This document shows, piece after piece, positions 1 to 11,261 of a DNA stretch of 64,000 bases (positions within the stretch are counted from its first letter, which is position 1; each line of letters starts with the position of its first letter). The stretch spans positions 30,566,001-30,630,000 of the forward strand of contig OX597836.1 of NCBI GenBank assembly GCA_951406725.2, read 5' to 3'. Position numbers and translations under genes: made by a program. The notes beneath the pieces are model-generated. The model searched no databases and was not told where the DNA came from. It saw only the letters and a list, made by a program, of their open reading frames with translations. Source of the stretch: Octopus vulgaris (Eukaryota).

Positions 1-24
1 AGATAGATAGATAGATAGATAGAT
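1..24. repeat. (GATA)n microsatellite
   Basis: agatagatag... at window start. Confidence 0.95.
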
Positions 25-525
25 TTCATAAGTACATATGAATGTTTAAAAAAGTCTTAAAGTACTGATAACAGTGGAGAAGAAACTTGGACTGTTATAA
101 TCATATAATAACCATTTAATACCACAGTTTTAAATACCAGCTGGGAATACAACCAAGCTATCCAACATATTGATTGCCTTCTTACTCCTTGCTCACAATA
201 CAAGTTTCCTCCTTTTCAAGCAAGTGTAAAGTGTTATTGCTACTTTATTTGGCATTTTGATTTTTTCTTATTTCCTCTATATTTCCAGTTTTTCTTCCAG
301 CAAGCAGCTCATTCCTGATACCACCATTTATAAATAGACCAAACACCTGTGTTCTAATGCATGTCGATAACATTCTGTTCTGAAAGATGGGAGGAGAGGA
401 GAGGGAACGTAACATTTTTACAGAGCAACAACTGAGAATAATCTTCTACACAGCTATGAAATATTAAGTGTTACATAAGTCTAAAATAAGTAATGAAAAA
501 AAAAAAGATAAATTGAATGAACTAT

Positions 526-838
526 ATCTTTTATCTTGTTCCAGTCATTGGACTGTGGCCATGCTGGTGCATCACCTTAAAGAGCTTTAGTCAAACAAAT
601 CAACCCCAGTAATTATTTTAAAGCCTCATATTTATTCCATCAGTATCTTGTGCCAAATCACAAAGTTACAGTAATATAAATCAACATTGGTTGTCTAACA
701 GTGGGGGGTGACAAACCCAAAACAAACACATACACACACATGACCAGCTTCTTTCAGTTTCCTTCTATCAAATACACTCACAAGGCTTTTGTAGGCCTGG
801 GGCTATAGTAGAAGAAACTTGCTCAAGGTGCCATGCCA
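526..838 (-). mobile_element. SINE family A, degenerate copy
   Basis: Reverse complement of the family A sequence seen intact at 12498-12913 (cagtcattggactgtggccatgctgg...ctatagtagaagaaacttgctcaaggtgcca). Confidence 0.85.
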
Positions 839-859
839 TACAACTCAGCCTAGCTCCAT

Positions 860-1070
860 GTGCTGGTGACATGTGAAAGGCACCTGTGCCAGTGACACAT
901 AAAAGGCACCCACTACACTTTTGGAGTGGTTGGCATTAGGAAGGACATCAAGCTATAGAAACTGAGCCAAATCAGACTGGAACTTGGTACAGCTCTCCAT
1001 CCTACCAGTTCCGGTAGAACCATCTAACCCATACCAGCATGGAAAACGGACACTAAGTGATGATGATGAT
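860..1070 (+). mobile_element. Family C retroposon fragment with (GAT)n tail
   Basis: gagtggttggcattaggaagg...aacccataccagcatggaaaacggac...gatgatgat; same as 20632-20921. Confidence 0.8.
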
Positions 1071-1984
1071 GTTAGGGAGTCTATGTGCTCACCTAATTTG
1101 CTAAAAGCAGTATCCAAAATCTCTCCCTTATAACATCCTTTATGTTTTAAAAGGAGACAGCTACATTAGCTAATGTAGTCTGTTCTGGATGAACACTGAG
1201 AAGGTAAAAAACATGATCATTACTAGAATACCTTTGATCACAGGGCTGTTTGTTCAAGGCTGACCAGGATCTAATCAACAGCAAAAACTGAGTTAACAAG
1301 GGAGAACCACTATATGGCAACTTGACATGCTCGAAATAGCAGCCAAATCTTCCCAAAATATACTCAAACATCTTTAAAAAAAAGAAAGGTTACATCGTAG
1401 AATGCAAACTATTTGCATTAAAAAAAAACAACAATTATAGTTACAGCTGAATGAAATACCTTTGATCACAGTTCTACACAATCAATGTTTGCCTAGGGCT
1501 AAACAATAACCACAATATTAATAAAAGCAAAAAAGAATAAAACAAACACATTAACAAATATAAACAATGAATACCAACTCTTCATATCATCTTGCACAAC
1601 GAACTAGCAAATAATTGTAAAATGCAATTACATGATTGCATAAATTTTCAAATTACATTATTATTAAAAATAAAAAATAACATTGATTACCAATCATTAT
1701 TCAATGAGAGACAACAATTTTTTCCCACAAAATATTTCCTGGTTAAAAAAAAAATATTCTCCCAAAGTGTCTTACAAAGAAGCAATCTAAATGACCAAAT
1801 ATAATTACAATTTAAATTAACAAGCTAACAAAGCATACCTCTAGGCATTTGCTTCACTGGCTAGGAATAGCAGTCAAATCTCCACTCAAATCACACCTGA
1901 CCTTCTTAAAAAAGAAAAAATGGGGTAGATTGGACAACATAGTCTTGATATACAGAAACAGATGAGGTGGTCACGGTTGGAATA

Positions 1985-2510
1985 ACATGAACAATGAGCA
2001 TCTCTATGGAAGCCTTCCAAAAGTGACCAACAAGATCAGAAAATGATGCCTCCTCATATCAGGTCACATCTCTATGGAAGCCTTCCAAAAGTGACCAACA
2101 AGATCAGAGAATGATGCCTCCCCATATCAGGTCACAGGGAGTCTATGAGGTCACCTAACTTGCTAAAAACAGCAACCAAAATCTCTCCATTATAACATCC
2201 TTTTTGTCTTAAAAGGAAACAATTACATTAGCTAATGTATGGTGTTCTGGATGAACACAGAGAAGGGGAAAAAAAAAACATGATCATCATGGAATACCTT
2301 TGATCACAAAGCTGAAACATCAGCAAAACTTGTGCTCTGAGACCCACAGCATGGTACTGGCAGGTGTGGGAGACATCTGACATTTATTGACAACCTGAAG
2401 GAGGACACGGGATTGGATTCCATCCATGAACTGAAGATGATGATGATGGATCAAAAGGCTTGGCAGAATAGCTTTGTTTTTGAGGACAAGGTGGAAACCA
2501 GAACCAAAAT
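1985..2510 (+). mobile_element. RTE-clade LINE 3' fragment, interrupted by a family D copy (2137-2310)
   Basis: Translates MNNEHLYGSLPKVTNKIRK*CLLISGH ... AETSAKLVL*DPQHGTGRCGRHLTFIDNLKEDTGLDSIHELKMMMMDQKAW, the typical RTE ORF C-terminus. Confidence 0.8.
1999..2134. repeat. 68-bp tandem duplication (2 copies, 2 mismatches)
   Basis: catctctatggaagcc...catatcaggtca at 1999-2066 and 2067-2134. Confidence 0.95.
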
Positions 2511-3039
2511 AAAAAAAATAGAGCTGCTTGTTCAAAGCTGATATAGTACTAAACTACAATACAACAAATTAATAGGAGAGCCTCTATATGGTTGCTTAAT
2601 CTTCTAGAAGTAGAAACCAAGTTCTCCTCAAATCATACTTTACCAGTATGAAACAATGTAGTTCTAGATATATAATACCTGTAAAATCAAAACAGGATGG
2701 TCATGGCTCACATGTCTTTTTCTTAAAGCTGCTAGATCAGCAAAGCTGTCCTGGGACCCAACAACAATTCTAGAACCTCCAGTATTAACTAAACATGTAA
2801 ATGAAGCGTAACAAAAGAAGAAAAAAAAGAAATAAAAGAGTCTCTTTGTGGTTGCTCAACCTGTTAGAAATAGTAACTAAAATTTCTTTAAAAAGACATT
2901 CTCATATATAAGTACACGTCAGATAATATTAATCTAGAAAAACAAGATGAGACAGCTATGGCTGGAATGCTTTTGATCATAGAGTTGTTGAGTTAAATTG
3001 GACCTAAGACTAAACCACAACAGCTATAACATATAGAGC

Positions 3040-3620
3040 AAGACACCCACACACACTACATACCCCACACATATGCTCACTTACGTTGGAGACAGGTAAA
3101 CAATGCAATTATAAGACAATACTTATTAGACACATACATACACATACTAAATCACCTGAAACACATACACAAATATATATATATACACATACACACATTA
3201 CATCATCTGAGAGAGAGACACACAGAACAGACATGGAATGGGAGTGATGGGGGGAAAATGTACATACAAAAAATACTTACATACCATATAACATGAATAA
3301 AAGCAGAGTATATAGACTATAAAAACAATGCACCAGACACAATCACACATATACACACCTTTTGGAACTCATAATTATGCACAAAAATAAATACACCTTG
3401 CAAAACTCACACACACACACATATATATATATATACATACATACATATATACATACATACAAGCATACACACTCGTACACACACCTTTAAAAAACTCAAA
3501 AATATACCAGAACTCACAAGATTACAAACACTTCAGAACTTCACACAATCAAAACACACACACACACACACACACTGCTTTGAAAAATTCACACAGTCAG
3601 ACTGAGAATAACACACACGC
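3040..3620. repeat. CA/TA-rich low-complexity tract
   Basis: Multiple (CA)n, (TA)n and (TACA)n runs. Confidence 0.8.
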
Positions 3621-4004
3621 TTTTCAGAACTCACACGCAATCACTCGCACCAATCTCCCACAGTAAAACTTATATTTATACAACAGAGACATCAAACAAT
3701 CACAAGCAATAGTCCTTATGTAAACAACCCACTACATATCTTTACAATTGCACCGCTGCCACCGCCACCACTTTCACAGATACCAACATCCCCATCACCT
3801 TTACAATCACAAAGGTCTTCTGAATACTATTTGAGAAAGCAACATGCCAGGTGAGAGAGAAATGAACGGTGGAGGCAGCAGCTGATACAGAAAGATGTGA
3901 GTGTATGAATGAGATAAAATAGAAAACTACTATTTACCTGTCTATCCCCACCCACAAACCATGCCATTTTGCTTTACTACTAGTATGTATTAGGAGCCAA
4001 TTAT

Positions 4005-5050
4005 GAGTCCCTATGTGGTTGCTCAGCATGCTAGAAATACTAGCCAAACCTCCCTTAATTTATATCCTAGATATAGCAGCCAAAACCCCTTTAAATTGTT
4101 TTGTTTACTTCATGCTCTTGCTTGATGAGGCTGGGGTCAAACGAGGTTAGTGATCCTAAAGACATAATAATGAGTAGAGCTAGTCAGGTCCACCACTGCT
4201 CTCTATTGCTGGCGGTCCCGTGTCAGTCCCTCTACATCCTTTAAATCACACCCTACCAAATATTAGCCAAATCTCCCCTTAAACAGATATGCTGGACACT
4301 GGCCAAATCTGCCTTAATTATATGCTAGAAACAGCAAACCAAAACTCCTTTAAATTACATCAGGTCAAGGTCAGCTGTGGGGGCATGACCTGTTGCAGGA
4401 CGTTTGTTGCTGCTTCACCTTTTTCCAGTATATCCCCAAAGTCCACACAAGCTACCGATCAAGTAGAGCCCCGGTCAGTCCTCATCTGCTGTGAACATGT
4501 GGCATATGGTCAACCAACATGAGCCGTTAACCCAGCCAGATCCTCAGTGAAGAGAACGCAGTAAGCAGTTGGTTCTTACTTACTATATTAGGCTAAATCA
4601 GGTGTGGGGGAATTTGTTAGTATATCCCTGGGCACCCTTGGGCAACTCATTGAGTAAAATTCCAGTCAGTTCCCATCTCCTTAAGACACCTCCTCATCTG
4701 CCGTAACCATGTAGCATGTGGTCAACTAACAAGAGCCATCAACCCAACCAGATCTTCAGTGAAGAGAACACTCACCCCCAATTAAGCAGGGTCTAACTCT
4801 GATAATTGAGCACACTACCATCTTAATAAAATATTAACCAAATCTCCTTAATTGGCATGCTAGAAACAGTAGTCAAATCTCCCTTAACTGACATGCACTG
4901 AACAGCAGTCACCCTACCATCTTACTAAAGGAGAGGCACTCTGGTTTATTTTGTCTGGTATATAATATACAGAGACAAAAATTGGGATGCTAACTAACTA
5001 TTCTGGTCATAAGTCTGTTCAACAAGTATTGACTTGAGGGTAAACAACAG
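4005..5050 (+). repeat. Family D-derived ~35-bp minisatellite with two GC-richer inserts
   Basis: atgctagaaa..gcagccaaatctcccttaa variants at ~4029, 4067, 4262, 4289, 4322, 4831, 4857. Confidence 0.65.
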
Positions 5051-5135
5051 GTAGCCTGAGTTAATGAGTAGTGCACTTTTCATAGCTGCTTCTGACAAGC
5101 ATTTAATAGCGTTATCATTATCATTATTATTATTA

Positions 5136-6385
5136 AAGCAGTGAGCTGGCAGAATCATTAGCATTGCTGGGTGAAATTCTTAGTGGCATTTCATGACTTT
5201 ATGTTCTGAGTTCAAATTCCACTGTGGTTGACTTTGCCTTTCATCCTTTTGGAGGTTGATAAATTAAGTACCAGTGAAACACTCAGGTGAATGTAATTAA
5301 CTAGTCCCCTCCCCACAAATTTCAGGCCTTGTGCCTTTAGTAGAAAGCATTACGGCGATGAGCTGGCAGAATGCTTAGTGGCATTTCATGTCTTTATGTC
5401 CTGAGTTCAAATTTGGGTTGACCTTGCCTTTCATCCTTTCAGGGTCAATTAAATAAGTACCAGTTATGCACTGGGTTAATGTAATCGACTAGTTCCTTCC
5501 CACTAACTTTCAGGCTTGTACCTACACTACCATCAGAAATTAATTAGCACCCTTGATTTGCTCTTCACTCAAGGTATGTGCTGTCACCTAGTGGCCATAT
5601 CTCGAACTATTGCTTTGTTGCGAGTTCACTGTTGCGCAGAACGATGACGTAACTTTGTTTGTAGAGCAGTTTGAGAGTCTACAGCCTTATGATGTTGACA
5701 TAGCAGTGCAACAACTTGGAGTGCGGATGCAGACAAATCTTCCTTTGTTTAATAGATATAGGTAGCGCCTCGCAAGGACCGAAATCACACCATACTAAGT
5801 TTTCTCATCGCGTAAGACGTTTTGAACAGCTCATAGGTTAATTGATTTAACCTATTTAATGTAGAAATTTGAGAAGTGCTAATTAATTTCTGATGCAAGT
5901 GTATAGTAGAAAGGATTATTATTATTATTATTACTATTATTATTCCAAGGTGGTGAGCTGGCAGAATCATTAGCATGCTGGGCAAAATATTTAATGGAAT
6001 TTCTTCCACCTCTACATTCTGAGTTCAAATTCTACCAAAGTCAACTTCACCTTTCATCCATTTGGGGATTGATAAAATAAATACCAGTTGAGCATGGGGT
6101 CAATGTAATTAACTAGCCCCTTTACCAAAATTTCAGGCCTTGTGCCTCTAGTCGGAAGGTTATTATTCTACATCACAGTGGGTTGACAGAATCATTAGCA
6201 TGTTGGACACAATGCATGATGGTAATTATTCCAATGCTTCACATTGTGTTCAAATCTCACTGAGGTCAACTTTGCCTTGCATTCCTCTAGAGTCAATAAA
6301 ATAAAGTACCAGTCAAACACTAGGATAAAAGTTGGTCAACTGAACCTTAACTCCTCAAAATTGCTGACCTTATGTCTAAATTAGA
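5136..6385 (+). mobile_element. Tandem cluster of four SINE family B copies
   Basis: gagctggcagaatc...gagttcaaattc...gactttgcctttcatcctt...aagtaccag repeated at ~5136, 5354, 5948, 6175, with (ATT)n tails. Confidence 0.85.
5525..5901. mobile_element. Tc1/mariner-type MITE nested in a SINE B tail
   Basis: 26-bp TIR cactaccatcagaaattaattagcac / gtgctaattaatttctgatgcaagtg (2 mismatches); TA at 5523-5524 and 5902-5903. Confidence 0.9.
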
Positions 6386-6391
6386 AACTTA

Positions 6392-6755
6392 TACAGAGGC
6401 AGACTGTCAGAACGGTTTGTTCCCAACTATAAGGTGTTAGGTTCAGGTCCACTACACTGCACCTCAGCCTTAGGCTGAAGAAAGCTTTGTTAGTGGATTT
6501 GGTAAACAGAAACTGAAAGAAGCCTGTTGTGTATGTATAGCCTGTTGCGTATGTATAGTATGTATGTGATGGTTGTGAATGAACATCATTGTCATACAAG
6601 CAATGTAGCTTATTTCCAATCTTCCATGTCTGGGCATCAGGAAATACTGTTTTGCTTGGAAACAGGTGAGGGTTGGTGACAGGAAGGGCACCTGAATGTA
6701 GAGAATCTGTTTCAACAACTTTCATTTGATCTATGCAAGCATGGAAAAGCAAACA
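6392..6755 (+). mobile_element. Chimeric SINE: family A head plus C-like 3' part
   Basis: gtggatttggtaaacagaaactgaaagaagcc, then microsatellite, then gagggttggtgacaggaagggca...atgcaagcatggaaaag. Confidence 0.7.
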
Positions 6756-6759
6756 TTAA

Positions 6760-6971
6760 CCCTTCAGCATTCAAACCAGCCATATCCAGCTAAAATACTT
6801 AACTTGTTTTATGTTGAAATTCACAAGATCCAACCTCTTACCGCAACCATACATTCCAAAACTGAATAATCACATTATCCAAATCTCTAAACTACAAGAT
6901 AATGCATGTTTAATTCAACAATATAAATAAACAAACATTATATTTGATAGAATAAACTGAATACTAAAAGG
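6760..6971. mobile_element. piggyBac-type MITE (family P1)
   Basis: TTAA flanks (6756-6759, 6972-6975); TIR cccttcagcattca / tgaatactaaaagg. Confidence 0.85.
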
Positions 6972-6989
6972 TTAAATGAAGATGATGAG

Positions 6990-7007
6990 ATTAAAATAAA
7001 AATTGTG

Positions 7008-7065
<58 letters not shown>

Positions 7066-7077
7066 TTTTATTTTAAT
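6990..7077. repeat. AT-rich palindrome: (TA)n with 17-bp perfect inverted flanks
   Basis: attaaaataaaaattgt (6990-7006) is the exact reverse complement of acaatttttattttaat (7061-7077). Confidence 0.9.
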
Positions 7078-8084
7078 TAATAGGATGGCATGATCAATGC
7101 TGGAAGGCCTTAAGTGATAGGCAAGCTCATGTCTAGCCTCGGGTTAAACGAAAACAACTTTATTAGAAGAGAAAGATTCAGTTAGATATAAAATCCAGAG
7201 ATTACTAGAAGATATATTCCTCTTTCGAAGACTTTATCTTTTCCAAGTCGCATATCTACACCAGTACCGGAGGCAACATTATCATCTGTGAATGATCTAA
7301 CAGAAAAGCTGTTTAGACTATAAATTGTTGCAGAGATAAAAGTGGAAGATAAGTAGGTCAAATAGCTTAGGTCCCTCACCCCCAAGATGAGGGGAAGATG
7401 GGGGAAAGACAAATGATGAAAAGTGTTACACAATTTGAATACGACTAGAAAATACACTCAGCAGATTTACAAATAAAGTAAAAACCTTTTCTTCTCCTTT
7501 TTCTTTTTTTTCAGGCATAATTGTATTTAGAACACCATTACCCAATTTTTCCCCCCCCTTTTTTTTTTTTTTTTGTTCTGTAAGATGGTAAGGGCATGAA
7601 TTGAGGGAGATTTGGTTACTATATTTCAAGCAGGTTAAGCTACCATTGAGAAGCTCTCCTCTATCAGCTGAGAATTTATCACAAATGAACATCACCTTAA
7701 TGGATAGAGAAGGATCTAATTATAAATGGATTTCAGATCTTTCTGTAAGATATGTTAGTCTTTCCAAGACAATCATCCTTTCTAAGCCACCTTACCAAAT
7801 CATTATCATCATCTAACAGTAAAGCTGTTTAAACTACAAATCGTTGAAGAAAAGTTAGTATGGTCATGGGGTTAGGAAGTTTACTTTGCAAGTAAACCAT
7901 GTGGTTTCAAGTTTAATTCCCTCCCCCACTGAGTGGTACCTTGGGTAAGCTCTTTTATCATTGGGTTAAGCAATGCCTCTGTGGGTGGGATTCAGGAGAC
8001 AAACTATGTGGAAACCCAGAATGAATACAGAGATATCAATGTAAAACAACTGAAAGCAGTTAACATAAGACAAGTTATGCTATA

Positions 8085-8282
8085 TATTCATACATATATA
8101 CATAGACACACAAACTTATACACATACAGATGCATATGTACATATACACATAGACACACAAACTTATACACATACAGATGCATATGTACATATACACACA
8201 TATGCATAAACACACACACACACACATTTAGATATACACATACTCATAAATATACATACACACATATATATATATATATATA
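8085..8282. repeat. Compound microsatellite with 48-bp tandem duplication (8091-8186)
   Basis: tacatata(t/c)acatagacacacaaacttatacacatacagatgcatatg occurs twice. Confidence 0.9.
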
Positions 8283-8768
8283 TTCAATATTCTTGAACAA
8301 GGTACCTTGTTTCTGGCAAACAGATGCTGTCAAATGCAAATGATTCCCAGCCGTCATAAGCAAATCAGTTATGGTACTAATAATGCGAATGTGAAATTAC
8401 TATAAACACTGGCTGCTTTAGCGGGAATTTGAACATAAATAATTCACTGCCCCAATGTTTAATGGAGTCACACAAAATTTTGGATCCCAATTACTACTAT
8501 GTTGTATGCTTAAAATTATTCACAAGAATGCATAACCTCTATAAATATAAAAAGGGGTGCTTTAAATAATGGTAGAGAAACTATTAGATATTTCATAGAG
8601 AATACAGTAATATAATCTTAGTATACCAACTAACTAATAACGTGACTCCATTAAACATTGCAACAGTAAATTTTTATCATAAAATTCCTGCTGAAGTAAG
8701 TGTATATAAATTCATTCAACATTCAACTCATGTTGCTAACTCCATTGGCAATAAGGTTACACAATATG

Positions 8769-9001
8769 TATTTCTTTACTACCCACAAGGGGCTAAACAC
8801 AGAGGGGACAAACAAGGACAGACAAAGCGATTAAGTCGATTCCATCGACCCCAGTGCGTAACTGGTACTTAATTTATCGACCCCGAAAGGATGAAAGGTA
8901 AAGTCGACCTCGGCGGAATTTGAGCTCAGAACGTAACGGCAGACGAAATACGGCTACGCATTTCGCCCGGCGTGCTACCGTTTCTGCCATCTCGCTGCCT
9001 A
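8769..9001 (-). mobile_element. Young SINE family B with 13-bp TSD
   Basis: CpG-rich intact copy; TSD gttacacaatatg at 8756-8768 and 9002-9014; tRNA-like head with B-box-like motif. Confidence 0.95.
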
Positions 9002-9248
9002 GTTACACAATATGATATCATCTTAAAGAAGCATTTATTTAAACGATGATGATGATTTGTTTCCACTTTCAACAAACTTTATAAAGAGTAAAATGCCTTT
9101 ATGAGTAATATATATTCTGGGTTGTTCTTCATTCTTGTAAAGTGGAAAATGTTTGTGGATTCATAATCTGTGGGGATCGTTTACTTCAGTACTGATTGGT
9201 TTTCTTCATAGACATCCTAATTAGTTTTAGACACTGCTTAAATACTGG

Positions 9249-9472
9249 TCTCAAATTTTGGCACAGGGCTAGCAATTTCGGGGGGGGGGGGGGCAGAGGT
9301 AAGTTGATTACATCAACTCCAGTACTCAACTGGTACTTTATTTTATCGACCTAGAAAGGAAGAAAGCAAAGTTAGCCTCGACGGAATTTGAACTCAGAGC
9401 AAACAGACAGACAAAATGCCTCTAAGCATTTTGTCCAGTGTGTTAATTTTGCCGGCACACCACCTTAGCATA
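9249..9472 (-). mobile_element. SINE family B, older subfamily
   Basis: ctggtactttattttatcgacctagaaagg...ggaatttgaactcag; TSD-like gcttaaata(c/t)tgg at 9236 and 9473. Confidence 0.85.
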
Positions 9473-9494
9473 GCTTAAATATTGGGGTCTACTA

Positions 9495-9683
9495 TTGTCA
9501 TGCAAGTTATGCGGTGACCTTGCTGGTGCCACCTCTATATCACCCAGTCCACTCTGAAAAGTGGTTGGCATTAGGAAGGGCATCCGGCAAACAGTAGAGC
9601 TTGGCACGGTCCTCTGGCTCACCAGCTTCTGTCAAACCATTCAACCCATGCCATGGGAAGCTGACATTGAATGACGATGATGG
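9495..9683 (+). mobile_element. Family C fragment
   Basis: gtggttggcattaggaagggcatcc...caacccatgcc...gatgatg. Confidence 0.75.
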
Positions 9684-10226
9684 TGTTAACATATATAATA
9701 ATAGAACTTAGTTTTCAGCAGTTGTTACATTTATGTCAGATTTTAAGAACAACATTTTTACTGTTGATTGATGAGTTAAAAGTGAAATGTTATAAAAATC
9801 AGCAACACAAAACTCAAGTAAACAACTGTTGGAAACTCAGGGCTTCCAGTGTTGTTATTACCCTTAATTCTTTTTCCTGTATTGAGTACTATCTCCCTAA
9901 ATATTTGTTAACATAGAGATATAAATATGATACATATAATTCAAAGATGGATAGTATATAGGATTTTCTTTTTGAAATTCTATAATATGGAACACATTAT
10001 CTAAAAAAATCTTATTCAATTTGGAAGCAATTTTTAAAGGTAGGTACAGATTATGTAAGAGGGCTATGGTAGGTCTGTATTATTGTAAATCTTAAATGTA
10101 ATTGCATACCTACTAGACAACAAACATTTAAATTTGTAAAAGCTAAAAAAAACTTTTTCCCATAAAGATAGTCAGTTCTGCCTCTTAAGCTACAACACAT
10201 GTACACATACATTTACTTTTACACAA

Positions 10227-10264
<38 letters not shown>

Positions 10265-10698
10265 TGAAATTTTGCTTAATCAGGGCTGACACCTGAGGCT
10301 ACAGAACTACTTTTTCAAGAAACCTGTAATCTTAAACTGCTGTACTACCAAATGAAACAGTAATTGAGAGTTCATAATGCTTGAATCAATCATATGTATT
10401 GAAATTTTCTGAACACTCAAAAACAAAAGGTTTTAGGGCTTTCCCTTTTTGATATATTTTTTTTTACTAGTCTGGTATTTTTTGTTTTCGTTCATTTGTT
10501 TGTTTTTTTAAACTAACAAATCTTTTTGGTTATTTATTGTTTACTTGGTTGGTATTAAAGCAGTGCACTGATTTTAATAATTGGACAAGAAGTGATCCAT
10601 CCAGCCATCTATCTTCTCTACCCACTATTTCTAGGAAGTTCATCAACAAGCTCATGGACAGGAGAGGTTTCTCCGTCACCCCTTTGAATGCTATATGG

Positions 10699-10818
10699 CA
10701 GTGGTTACCAAACTTTTTTACATTAAGGACCAGTTTCATGCAAGACAATTTTTCCATGGATGAGGGTATCATGCACATAACAAAACATATTAAAGTGCAT
10801 AATATATAATATAATTAT

Positions 10819-10862
<44 letters not shown>

Positions 10863-11008
10863 ACATATATAAGACATATATGATACAAAAGCAACCTGCA
10901 GACTGTGGTATTCAATAAAATTTTCAAAACATTTTCTTTCTTTGCAGTTTAAAAGCAAATGATCGACAGTCTGCTACTGGTCGATAGCCTGGTAGTTGAG
11001 GACCCCTG
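10699..11008. mobile_element. hAT (Charlie/MER1-like) MITE with 8-bp TSD
   Basis: TSD ctatatgg at 10691-10698 and 11009-11016; termini cagtggttaccaaac / gttgaggacccctg; internal (TA)n. Confidence 0.9.
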
Positions 11009-11261
11009 CTATATGGGACCATCATAGGTGGTATGAATAAGTTAAGTAAATCTGAGCAAACCTAACTAGATGAAAAAACCAGTCTTCAAAACTAGTGCCT
11101 GTCTTCATCTGCAAAAAAAAATATTTAATAAAAATCACAAATTTGGATTATTTCCAATGTTGTAAAAAGGCATGAATGCAGATGCCAGTGAATATAAAAC
11201 CTTTCTTGAGAGAGAAATTTCACACAATTTAGAGACCATGCCTCTCCAACAGCATAGAGAC

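Larger units (their letters stand above)
1074..3025 (+). repeat. Cluster of about six same-orientation copies of unclassified ~230-bp family D
   Basis: Recurring blocks ctagaaatagcagccaaatct / aatgtagt / ggaatgcctttgatca / gctgacc...ctaaacaac at ~1074, 1300, 1838, 2137, 2575, 2836. Confidence 0.75.
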
